Assembly: GCA_001795035.1 (NCBI GenBank)
Contig: MGMW01000112.1
Span: 1 to 34,406, forward strand
Length of the DNA stretch: 34,406 bases
Origin: Chloroflexi bacterium RBG_13_53_26
GTDB lineage: Bacteria; Chloroflexota; Dehalococcoidia; UBA2247; RBG-13-53-26
Direction of reading: 5' to 3'
Below are positions 1 through 8,224 of this stretch, piece by piece. The notes beneath the pieces were generated by a model that saw only the letters and a program-made list of their open reading frames with translations, had not been told where the DNA came from and made no database searches. A program made the position numbers and the translations under genes. Every line of letters begins with the position of its first letter. Position 1 is the first letter of the stretch.

Positions 1-2
1 TA

Positions 3-926
3 TCTAAAGCGTACATATCCCAAGTCAAGAGTGCTAAGCGGCCACCATCGAAGAAGCTTCTGCAGTGTCTGGGCGAACTGGAACAAGGCACAGGCAGAAG
101 AAACGGCCATCTAAGCCCGTACGAGGTTATTGAGGCCTTTCTCAACTCAAGGCGGGAAGGTGCGTCACTCGGAACACTGGAGTTCTATGGCAAGTACCTG
201 TCCAAGTCAATCCCTGTTCTGGGAGTGACCCCAAGTGCCAGAGCTATCGGCAAGTACCTTGATTCATTGTCCTGCACTATGGGTGGCAAGCACGCCTATT
301 TCAGAGCTATATCCGTCTTCTACAATTGGCTGTACAGCCCAAGGTCAGGTTTTGCTTTCATAGGCAGAGAAAACCCCATCACTCTTGTTGACCCTCCGAG
401 AAGGCCCAAGCGCATAATGCCCAGCCTGACAAGGGAGCAAGTCGAACTACTAATTGAGAAAGCGCCCACAGCAAGGGACAAGGCGATGATTGCTCTCTTT
501 GCCGAGTCGGGACTCAGGTTGTCCGAACTGGCCAACATCAGGACTGGTGATATCGACTGGAGGTCGCACACCGTGAGAGTGATAGGCAAGGGCAACAAAG
601 AGGGCCATGCTCCCTTCGGCAACTTGACTGAGAATCTCTTGAAGGCTTGGCTAAGCGAATACCAGCCAAAGGAAGAAGAACCCATATGGAACATCGGCTA
701 TTGGGGCGTCAAGACTATGCTCAACAACCTGAGAGTGCAAACTGGCATTCCCTGCAATCCTCACACCTTCCGCCGTACCTTCGCCTGCCTGCTCAGAAAG
801 GCCGGCGTGGACACCATGACCATCAAGGATTTGGGCAGGTGGGAGTCACTGGAGATGGTGCAGCGGTACACCAGGTCAGTGACTTTCGAGGATAGCCTGA
901 AGTTCTACAAGGCACCGCTAGGGTGA
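3..926 (+). CDS. Tyrosine recombinase/integrase with N-terminal HTH-like region (5'-truncated by the window edge)
   Basis: The frame is open from nt 3 (SKAYISQVKSAKRPPSKKLL..., XRE-HTH-like) into the ORF-track protein. Catalytic motifs: GLRLSEL (R), GKGNK (K), HTFRR (HxxR), LGRW, VQRY (Y). Confidence 0.93.
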   Translation, partial: SKAYISQVKSAKRPPSKKLLQCLGELEQGTGRRNGHLSPYEVIEAFLNSRREGASLGTLEFYGKYLSKSIPVLGVTPSARAIGKYLDSLSCTMGGKHAYFRAISVFYNWLYSPRSGFAFIGRENPITLVDPPRRPKRIMPSLTREQVELLIEKAPTARDKAMIALFAESGLRLSELANIRTGDIDWRSHTVRVIGKGNKEGHAPFGNLTENLLKAWLSEYQPKEEEPIWNIGYWGVKTMLNNLRVQTGIPCNPHTFRRTFACLLRKAGVDTMTIKDLGRWESLEMVQRYTRSVTFEDSLKFYKAPLG

Positions 927-1256
927 GTCGGTATCTGTACACCCACAGCAGCACTCTCGATGACTGCATGAAGCACTACAGGGCTGTCCTGAACTGAGAG
1001 ATTGGCCCCAACCGACGAACTGGTGGGGGAGATGTATCTCCCATGGCCTATCACCTGTCTAGTGGCCTCTGGTGAGGCCATATGCCTAGCGAACAGGTGA
1101 GGGCAGGTTGATGTTGTGTGAGATGCTGGGAGGTGCTGGCTGGGTGAGAACTATGTCCAACGACGAGCTGGGGATTTGCCAAACGACAGGGGAAAGGACT
1201 GTAGACAACAGGGTTCTACTCAAGCACATGCTGGCAGAGCCATGACCAGTCTAGCC

Positions 1257-1706
1257 TTACTCTCTCGGAAGTAGGCCTCGCTCGCCTATTTCCCGCATAA
1301 ACGCATCAGGGTCTCTTCGTGCAGTCTTAGCGACGTTCTCCCAATCCGCTCTTGCCATCTGGGGAGCCTGCTGGCGCATTTTGGAGGCCTGGTTCCTCAC
1401 CCTAAATTCTGCTCGCTGCAATTCTTCCTTGGTATGTTCAAGCTCAGCTTTCGTTTCCTGCAGGGTTTTGCGGCACTCCTCCAATTCCTGTTGCAGTCCT
1501 TCTTTGGGAGCTTCCGGGGGCAACTCAGTGCTGCCCAATATCTCGTCAACCTTCGATTCGACTTGGACCAGCATCGCTCCCATTTCGTTCTTTTCGCCTT
1601 TGGTAATCGTCAATTCAGCAAGTGCCTTGTCCATATCATCCTGGAGCAGCTTGAGAAAGGCTATTGCCTTATCCATTCTCTCCAGCAGTGGTGCCTGTTG
1701 GGTCAT
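1257..1706 (-). CDS. Hypothetical coiled-coil protein (paralog of 30281..30487)
   Basis: 149 aa, rich in E/L/K/Q heptads, with SD-like AGGGAG upstream. The N-terminal ~58 aa align with the 68-aa ORF at 30281..30487. Confidence 0.75.
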   Translation of the reverse strand: MTQQAPLLERMDKAIAFLKLLQDDMDKALAELTITKGEKNEMGAMLVQVESKVDEILGSTELPPEAPKEGLQQELEECRKTLQETKAELEHTKEELQRAEFRVRNQASKMRQQAPQMARADWENVAKTARRDPDAFMREIGERGLLPRE

Positions 1707-2090
1707 TGTCGTCTCTCCCTTTCCAAAAGGCTGCTTCGCAGTATTGGCGAGTGAACAGCGGTGACTCTTGCCACCAGAATAAGCCTAACACGGCAGTGTC
1801 ACCACGTTCTCTCTACAGCAGCCCAGGCACCCACAGAGTGCTCTCAAAAGGGAGCTGGGCCTTCAGACGACTTCAAGCTACTAAACCTCTCAGCCGGCAG
1901 GACGCATGTCAGTCAATCCTGAACAAACACGACCAACACAGTCGCCTTCGCCCAGAACCGAAGTGGGATGCCGCACAGGAATGGATATGCGGACGGTATG
2001 ATGCCCCGGCGAAATCTTGAGCCAAAATCCAGCACATCGGGGGCGGAACAGGGTTCTACGAGGCGCCAATGGGCTCAGATAAACTCCACT

Positions 2091-3098
2091 TCAGTAGAGT
2101 TGTGCGAACACCCGCTTGAGCGGTATCTTCTCGCTCTCCAGTGCCTCTATTCCTCCTGCAAGTCCTGCGAACTTCGGCCTCACGAAGCCCATTACTTTGT
2201 CTGATTGTCCTGCTCTTCCAAGTGCCGCAAACATCGCCAGTCTGAAGTCCTTGAGTTGGTCCAGATTGGTGTCTGGTCCAAAGGTTTCATTGGCGTTTCT
2301 GATGGCCCTGACCAGCCTGTCCACGACCTTGTTGTGATACACCGCAAGTGAGTGGTACTTCGCCAGCAGAATAGGGTCGGCTTTCTTCCCAGGCTTCGTC
2401 TCTACAGCCTTCTCAATCGCCCTTCGGTGTTCGGCAATGTAGTCTGTGGTGATGTAATCGTAGGCTTTGAGAGAATCCTGCCTGAGGACATTTAGTGACC
2501 CAGACATGTATTCTACGAGCCAAGCGGTCTCCTTATTCAAAGTGTATGTTGCTTGAAGGTAGTTGAGATACGGCAGTCCATCATCGCCTCGGAGAACCAG
2601 CTGTCCTTCCACAAGCCCAGCGAATTCTGGCGCACTGCGCCGCAGACTCTGGAGGACGTCTGGCTTAACCAGCACTCTGGGCCAACCTGCTGAATCCTAC
2701 AAGTTTACCGCCGCTATCATTGCAGGCCCGAACATGACCTTGCCCTTTTCGTAATGGAGGCCGCCGGCCAGTGCTCCTCTCCACAGGAAGCCTTTCAGCA
2801 GGAGTTGTGTCTGCAGAAGCATGAGATTGCCCGTCATCGCTGCGAAGGACCACTTGCCGGTTCCAAGCACGCTGAGGGATATTGAATCAGAGAACATCTG
2901 GGTGGTCACTCTCGGTGTTGGAACCCCAGGCACCCGACCTCGCGTTCGTATAGCTCTGGTGTGTGCCTCCACTGACTCCAGGGCGTCCTTGATGGCAGAG
3001 AACACCATACTATTGTTCACGGAGTGCTCAACTCTATCTTTGAATCCCAGAAGGTCCAAATAAGCGACTAGACGCGTTCTGTAGCTTGCCATGGCCAT
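2091..3098 (-). pseudogene. Class III nucleotidyl-cyclase-fold protein interrupted by an in-frame TAG (2697..2699)
   Basis: ORFs 2697..3098 and 2091..2675 are in the same frame and read ...FGPAMIAAVNL*DSAGWPRVLV... Motifs YLDLLGF, FSD, RGALAGG, FGPA and PRV are typical of cyclase-fold proteins, and the stop sits where this family usually has Glu. Confidence 0.7.
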
Positions 3099-3309
3099 CC
3101 ACCTCGTCGTGACTCTGATTGTGCTAGGTAAGTCCTCATGAGCCGTTTGAACAGTTCCCTACGGTCGGGAACACGCAGACGCAGCAAATCATGAACGATG
3201 GATTCAGCTCCCAATCGACTGTGATATTCTACCACACCGACCTCAGCCTGGACTACAAGAGGAAAAGGAAACCGAAGAGGAAGAAGGAGGGAAAGGTCAC
3301 ATGAGAGGT

Positions 3310-3366
3310 GTTAAGCAAAGTCCCAAAGCTCGTTACATACAAAGAGTTAAGCAAAATGTTAAGCAA
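3310..3366 (+). repeat. Three direct repeats GTTAAGCAA
   Basis: Copies at 3310-3318, 3346-3354 and 3358-3366, 30-85 nt from the tRNA 3' end. Confidence 0.8.
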
Positions 3367-3395
3367 CTGGAAATCAGTGACGCTCATAGCAGGAA

Positions 3396-3468
3396 TGCCC
3401 TCAAGGGAATTCGAATCCCTGTTTTCGGCTTGAAAGGCCAACGTCCTAGTCCACTAGACGATGAGGGC
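3396..3468 (-). tRNA. tRNA-Glu (anticodon TTC), CCA not encoded
   Basis: Minus strand: GCCCTCA...GTCTAGTGGACTAGGAC G TTGGC-CT-TTC-AA-GCCGA AAAC AGGGA-TTCGAAT-TCCCT TGAGGGC A, a full cloverleaf. Confidence 0.97.
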
Positions 3469-3480
3469 GCCAAAGTGAAG

Positions 3481-3509
3481 AGTATATAATGGCCTGGAAC
3501 AAATAACAA
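3481..3509 (-). promoter_or_regulatory. Putative sigma70 promoter of tRNA-Glu
   Basis: TTGTTA-N17-TATACT on the minus strand, just upstream of the tRNA. Confidence 0.6.
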
Positions 3510-3520
3510 GCGTCGTGGCG

Positions 3521-4561
3521 CTACGGATAGACAGGCAATGCCTCTAACCCCGTGGTCTCAGGAAAGCCCAGCATCAGGTTCATATTCTGGATCGCCTGCC
3601 CGGCTCCCCCCTTGACCAGATTGTCAATGCAACTGACTACTATCAGCCTGTTGGTTCTCAGGTCAATGGTGGGATGAAGAAGGCACAGATTGCTCCCCCA
3701 GGCTTGCTTGGTCTGCGGTGGGATATCCACAACCTTCACAAAAGGCTCACCTTTGTAGAATTCCCGATAGTGCTGTCTCAATTCGGCTATCCCCTGCTGG
3801 CTGACCGCAATCTTCCCCTCCACCAATCGAGCATAGCACGAGCTGAGAATTCCCCGTGTCATCGGCACCAGATGAGGCAGAAAGGTCACCGATACTGGCT
3901 TGTCTGGATGGAATGCGCTCAGCTCCTGGACTATCTCGGGGATGTGGCGGTGGCCTTCCAGAGAATAGGCTGACACACTCTCGTTGATCTCCGCATAGTG
4001 CGTTCCCAGGCTGGGCGTTCTGCCTGCACCTGACACGCCCGATTTGCTGTCAACGATAACGTCAGGTTGGATAAGCCCCGCCTTGACCGCCGGAGCCAGG
4101 GCCAGGATTGCACCGGTCGGATAGCAGCCGGGATTGGCCACCAGAGATGCCGGTGCAACCTCAGAGCGGTGAAGCTCCGTGAGGCCATAGACAGCCTTCG
4201 GCAGCAGTTCCACTGCAGGATGGGTGAAATCATACCACCGCGGGTATTCCGCCGCGTCCTTCAGTCTGAAGTCGGCGCTGAGGTCTACCACCTTCACACC
4301 CTTCTTGACCAGAGGTGCGATGGCTTCCGCGCTCGCCTTATGGGGTAGCGATGAAAAGATTAGGTCTGCCTCCCTGGGCTCCGCCTCAATGACGAGGTCG
4401 ATGTCGGAGAGGTAAGGCATGACTTTGCCCAGCTTTTTGCCTGCTTCGCTTCGCCCGGTTACAGAGATAATCTGCACCCCGGGATGGCCATAGAGCAGGC
4501 GGGCTACCTCTGCGCCTATGTAACCGGTAATGTTGATGATGGCTATTCTAAACTGCTTCAT
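3521..4561 (-). CDS. argC: N-acetyl-gamma-glutamyl-phosphate reductase
   Basis: Motifs TGYIG, DLSADFRL, NPGCYPT, SGVSGAGR, IDNLVKGGAGQAIQNMN. Confidence 0.97.
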   Translation of the reverse strand: MKQFRIAIINITGYIGAEVARLLYGHPGVQIISVTGRSEAGKKLGKVMPYLSDIDLVIEAEPREADLIFSSLPHKASAEAIAPLVKKGVKVVDLSADFRLKDAAEYPRWYDFTHPAVELLPKAVYGLTELHRSEVAPASLVANPGCYPTGAILALAPAVKAGLIQPDVIVDSKSGVSGAGRTPSLGTHYAEINESVSAYSLEGHRHIPEIVQELSAFHPDKPVSVTFLPHLVPMTRGILSSCYARLVEGKIAVSQQGIAELRQHYREFYKGEPFVKVVDIPPQTKQAWGSNLCLLHPTIDLRTNRLIVVSCIDNLVKGGAGQAIQNMNLMLGFPETTGLEALPVYP

Positions 4562-4660
4562 TCGTTATACCATCTGCATTCTTCTGACAGTTCTGCTGAA
4601 AAGGATTTTATCGCTTGAACATCGGCTAAGGCAACTCTGAGCACCAATGCCGTGAATTGG

Positions 4661-5314
4661 CTATCCGCGGGCTTCTGTAGCACTCGGACAGAGTTCTCGC
4701 AAAACACAAAGGTGACAGCGGGGTCGCTGTGCCTTGCATACCTTCCGCCCATGCTCCACCATATTGAGGTGGAACTCATAGACTTGGCCTGCTGGAATCA
4801 GATTCTCCAGAATCTCGTGGGCTTGCTCGGCGGAGACCTTGGAGTGAAGTAGGCCCAGTCTCCTGGCCACTCGAAAGACGTGGGTGTCGACAGGCAGAGC
4901 AGGTCTCCCCAGAGAAAAGAGCAGTACACACGCCGCAGTTTTCGGTCCCACACCAGGCAGCTTCATCAACCAGGCTTTGGCCTCGGCCAGGCTGAAACTG
5001 CCCAGGAAATCCAGGTCAAAGCCACCCCGCTCTTGGCGCACCTCTTGGAGCATGTTCTTTATTCGCCTTGCCTTTATTTCCGCCAGGCCACCCACCCTTA
5101 TGGACCTGGTTATTTCGCTGGGGCTGGCGTCAGCCACAGCTTCCCAGCCACCAAAGGCAGCCATGAGAGAATCAAAGGCTCGTTCTGAGTTCACATCCGA
5201 GGTATTCTGGGAGAGCACAGTTGACACCAGCGTGGACATCGGGGCTCCCTTCGGCTTCCAGCGGCGCGGCCCATACTCCTGCCTCAAGAGGCGGAGGATC
5301 TGATCAATCCTCAC
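4661..5314 (-). CDS. nth: Endonuclease III family HhH-GPD DNA glycosylase
   Basis: Motifs LSQNTSD, LPGVGPKTA, VDTHV and the CxxxxxxCxxCxxxxxC Fe-S motif. Start placed at the GTG overlapping the upstream TGA (GTGA). Confidence 0.9.
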   Translation of the reverse strand: MRIDQILRLLRQEYGPRRWKPKGAPMSTLVSTVLSQNTSDVNSERAFDSLMAAFGGWEAVADASPSEITRSIRVGGLAEIKARRIKNMLQEVRQERGGFDLDFLGSFSLAEAKAWLMKLPGVGPKTAACVLLFSLGRPALPVDTHVFRVARRLGLLHSKVSAEQAHEILENLIPAGQVYEFHLNMVEHGRKVCKAQRPRCHLCVLRELCPSATEARG

Positions 5315-5940
5315 CCGACATCCCGAAGGTGACAGGTATCGTTCAGCAACAGCATCACTGGAACATCGTTCTCTATCTCGACCAGGCTTATGGCACAAAG
5401 CCCCTGCTGTATCTGCCAGAAGTGGGAGTTATCCAGACCGAGAAGGCTGCATAGCAGCACCTTGCAGACTACCTTGTGCGAAACCAGGACAACGGTCTGC
5501 CCGGGATGACGCGGCACCAAGATTTCCACCGCGCTGGTTACCCTTTCCCTGACCTGCTCCAGGCCCTCACCGCCGGGGAAGGTGGTCAAATGCGGACGCT
5601 GCAGCCAGAGCCTGTACAGCTCAGGGTCATTTGCCTCTGCTTCCTTCAGGCTGAGCCCCTGCCAGCTCCCGTAGTCTATGTCTATGAGCCCTTCAAGCGC
5701 TTGAGCTTTCAATCTAAGTGACTCTGCCAGGATTTCTGCTGTGGTCACTGCTCTTTTCAGGGGGCTGGAGTAGACGGCAGTCACTCGCCATAGAGCCATC
5801 CTTGTCGCCGCTGCCCTGGCCTGCCGCAGGCCGATTCCATCCAGTTCCAGATCGGCCCGTCCCCGAAGTCTCTCCCCTTCGCCCTCATTCCACGCGGTTT
5901 GTCCATGCCTGATTATGATGAGACGGGTCAAGGATAGCAC
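5311..5940 (-). CDS. Histidine phosphatase (phosphoglycerate mutase/CobC/PspA-like)
   Basis: Motifs RHGQT, SSPLKRA, LVSH. The true start may be TTG at 5931. Confidence 0.9.
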   Translation of the reverse strand: MLSLTRLIIIRHGQTAWNEGEGERLRGRADLELDGIGLRQARAAATRMALWRVTAVYSSPLKRAVTTAEILAESLRLKAQALEGLIDIDYGSWQGLSLKEAEANDPELYRLWLQRPHLTTFPGGEGLEQVRERVTSAVEILVPRHPGQTVVLVSHKVVCKVLLCSLLGLDNSHFWQIQQGLCAISLVEIENDVPVMLLLNDTCHLRDVG

Positions 5941-6082
5941 CTCCTTGCCTGACAGATTTCATTGTGACACGGATGAGCGCTCGCTTTTTCAGCCGGCAGC
6001 AGCAATTGTACCAGATTCAAGAACAACGCTGGGAGCCACCGGGCGCAACGGCAGTGAGAACCCATTCAGAAATCCTCGCAAC

Positions 6083-6107
6083 AAGAAAGGCTGCATAGTT
6101 GCAGCCT
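6083..6107 (-). terminator. Putative intrinsic terminator
   Basis: AGGCTGCA-4 nt loop-TGCAGCCT stem followed by TTCTT on the minus strand, downstream of the desulforedoxin-like pair. Confidence 0.55.
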
Positions 6108-6169
6108 CTTGCGTTGGAAGCAGGCGTTTATGGCAAAGCTAACGCATAGTGTGCCGTGACCTTGTCCCC

Positions 6170-6313
6170 CTAGTCCGAAGAAGGCAGTGGCCTGGGTTGC
6201 TGCTCTGCCATTTCTTTGTCACAGCAGACAACCGCGCCCGCACCTTGCTTGGTGCAAAGGACTTCGGTATTACACACTTCGCAGCGATATCTCTTGCCTA
6301 GCGTATTGGCCAT
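6170..6313 (-). CDS. Desulforedoxin-like small metal-binding protein (47 aa)
   Basis: MANTLGKRYRCEVCNTEVLCTKQGAGAVVCCDKEMAEQQPRPLPSSD, with a CxxC-x15-CC motif and SD AGGAGG. Below the ORF-track cutoff. Confidence 0.85.
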   Translation of the reverse strand: MANTLGKRYRCEVCNTEVLCTKQGAGAVVCCDKEMAEQQPRPLPSSD

Positions 6314-6331
6314 GTCAGTTCGCAACCTCCT

Positions 6332-6451
6332 CTACTTCTTGATCTCCATCGGCTTTCCACAGCAGTGAAGAGTACCTTGGCCCCCCCGTGTGACGATGAA
6401 CTCCGAGCCACACTTGGCGCAGAAGTACCTTTTGCCTATCTGATTTGCCAT
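6332..6451 (-). CDS. Desulforedoxin-like small metal-binding protein (39 aa)
   Basis: MANQIGKRYFCAKCGSEFIVTRGGQGTLHCCGKPMEIKK, with a CxxC-x15-CC motif and SD AAGGAG. Below the ORF-track cutoff. Confidence 0.85.
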   Translation of the reverse strand: MANQIGKRYFCAKCGSEFIVTRGGQGTLHCCGKPMEIKK

Positions 6452-6487
6452 TCACCCAACTCCTTTTTCTAGAATTTCCTTCCTCTG

Positions 6488-7138
6488 TTACTCCTCAAGC
6501 TTGAATTCCCACTGGCAGGCGATCTCATCCGAACTCTTCCTCGGTGGCAGCTTGAGCGGCGTCACTTTTATCTTTCGATTGACCAGATATCTCTCGATAA
6601 TCTTCTTCTCGTTTATGTGACAAACGTGATGGATCCTCTCCGGTTCCTTGGCTTCGAAAAATTCCAGCGAGCGGCACCTGGGAATAGTCCAGATAACGTG
6701 GTTCGGATTTATGATCTTCGCCTCGGCAGGGAACAGCCCGCCGGTAGTATTATCCAAAGGCAACTGGAGGCATTTCAGAGAGTCGACCACAGTTTTGAGC
6801 TCGATGTTGGCCACCTTGGCAAACCTCGGATTCACTCGCTCTCCTATGGTCTCCCAGGCCTGCGTCTCACATTCGTTGGCTACATCAACGCCATACCTTT
6901 GCTTGACCGCGTTATACCAGGCTTCTGTCATGTGAAGCCAGCCGTACTGCCAGATGAGCATTAGCTTCAACAGGAATTCTTTGGAGAAGTCGTTGAAGGT
7001 CAGGTTAGGAATGAATGGGCCACTATAGTCGTCCATCTCTTTCTTCTTTTTCGGCACGGATGTCTTCTTCACTGGCATTTGTCTTGTTGCCTTAGCCTTC
7101 GGTCTCACCGTCTTCTTCTTTGGCGTTTCTTTAGCCAT
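6488..7138 (-). CDS. Uncharacterised protein, DUF6125-like, with Lys-rich N-terminal extension
   Basis: DDYSGPFIPNLTFNDFSKEFL...CRSLEFFE...C...LKLPPRKS..IACQWEFK resembles the DUF6125 family from memory. ATG at 7138 has an SD. Confidence 0.65.
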   Translation of the reverse strand: MAKETPKKKTVRPKAKATRQMPVKKTSVPKKKKEMDDYSGPFIPNLTFNDFSKEFLLKLMLIWQYGWLHMTEAWYNAVKQRYGVDVANECETQAWETIGERVNPRFAKVANIELKTVVDSLKCLQLPLDNTTGGLFPAEAKIINPNHVIWTIPRCRSLEFFEAKEPERIHHVCHINEKKIIERYLVNRKIKVTPLKLPPRKSSDEIACQWEFKLEE

Positions 7139-7287
7139 CCTGTAAACCTTCCTTTCCGTTGGGATCACTTTGCGATTTCAGCGCCGCTTTACCGCGACAG
7201 CCGCATGCTTGCTCCCAAGTCTGAACCACAACTTTCAGGCGATCTTAATTATTCCAATTCCATTACTGCACTGTCAAGTTTGGCCAA

Positions 7288-7316
7288 TTGCCTCCTGCGT
7301 ATCAGGATGGTATAAC
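7288..7316 (+). promoter_or_regulatory. Putative promoter of the folP operon
   Basis: TTGCCT-N17-TATAAC with a TG extended -10. Confidence 0.5.
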
Positions 7317-7360
7317 AGTATAATTGCACATATTCCCGAAACGCCGACTAAGGTGATTGA

Positions 7361-8224
7361 ATGAGCACTTCAAGTATGGGTATTACCTGCTGTGGGAACA
7401 GGGGCTTCAAGTGGGGTGAGCGTACCTATATCATGGGCGTCATCAACACCACCCCGGACTCCTTCTCAGGAGATGGGTTAGGCCGGGATATTGAGGCTGC
7501 CGTTGCACAGGGCAAACGCTTCGCTGCTGAAGGGGCTGACCTCCTCGATATCGGCGGCGAGTCGACCCGGCCGAACGCTGCTCCAGTATCTGATGACGAT
7601 GAGCTGAGACGGGTGATTCCGGTCATCGAGCGCCTGGCCAGCGAGGTATCACTGCCCCTGAGCATTGATACCTACAAGTGGGAAGTGGCGCGGAAGGCCC
7701 TCTCGGCCGGTGCGCGCATGATAAATGATATCTGGGGACTGAAACACGATCCTCGCCTGGCTGATCTTGCCGCTGAATGGGACGTGCCCCTGGTGCTGAT
7801 GAGCAATCAGCGGGGCAAGGCCTGCCAGAACATCATTCCTGAGGTGGTCTCTGATCTGGGAGCAAGTATGAACTTGGCCATGGAGCGGGGTCTGGCCTGG
7901 GAGAATATCATCGTTGATCCCGGCGTGGGCTTCGGCAAAACGCTGGAGCAGAATCTTGAGATCGTCTGCCGATTGGATGAGTTGAGGTGCCTGGAGAGGC
8001 CCATCCTGATAGGTACCTCTCGCAAGTCGATGATTGGCCTGGTACTCGATCTGCCGCCCGATCAGCGGATCGAGGGCACAGCAGCCACCGTAGCCATCAG
8101 TATTGCCAGGGGCGCCGATATCGTACGGGTACATGACGTAGAGCAAATGGCCAGGGTATGCCAGATGAGTGATGCCATCATTAGAGGAAGACGTCCATCG
8201 AAAGACCAGAAGACAGCCCGGTGA
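7361..8224 (+). CDS. folP: Dihydropteroate synthase
   Basis: Motifs MGVINTTPDSFSGDG, DIGGESTRP, DPGVGFGKT, GTSRKS, VRVHDV. Confidence 0.97.
   Translation: MSTSSMGITCCGNRGFKWGERTYIMGVINTTPDSFSGDGLGRDIEAAVAQGKRFAAEGADLLDIGGESTRPNAAPVSDDDELRRVIPVIERLASEVSLPLSIDTYKWEVARKALSAGARMINDIWGLKHDPRLADLAAEWDVPLVLMSNQRGKACQNIIPEVVSDLGASMNLAMERGLAWENIIVDPGVGFGKTLEQNLEIVCRLDELRCLERPILIGTSRKSMIGLVLDLPPDQRIEGTAATVAISIARGADIVRVHDVEQMARVCQMSDAIIRGRRPSKDQKTAR

Larger units (their letters stand above)
1..3395. mobile_element. End of an integrative element / genomic island at the tRNA-Glu 3' end
   Basis: Integrase and accessory ORFs lie directly 3' of tRNA-Glu, and housekeeping genes resume on the other side. The second att copy is not in the window. 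Confidence 0.7.

Noticed and set aside
1821-1914. Resemblance to the ZTP (pfl) riboswitch (GACTG...GCCTGGGC)
   Set aside because: It lacks GACTGGCG and the GGTGG/CCAC core, and the gene context does not fit.
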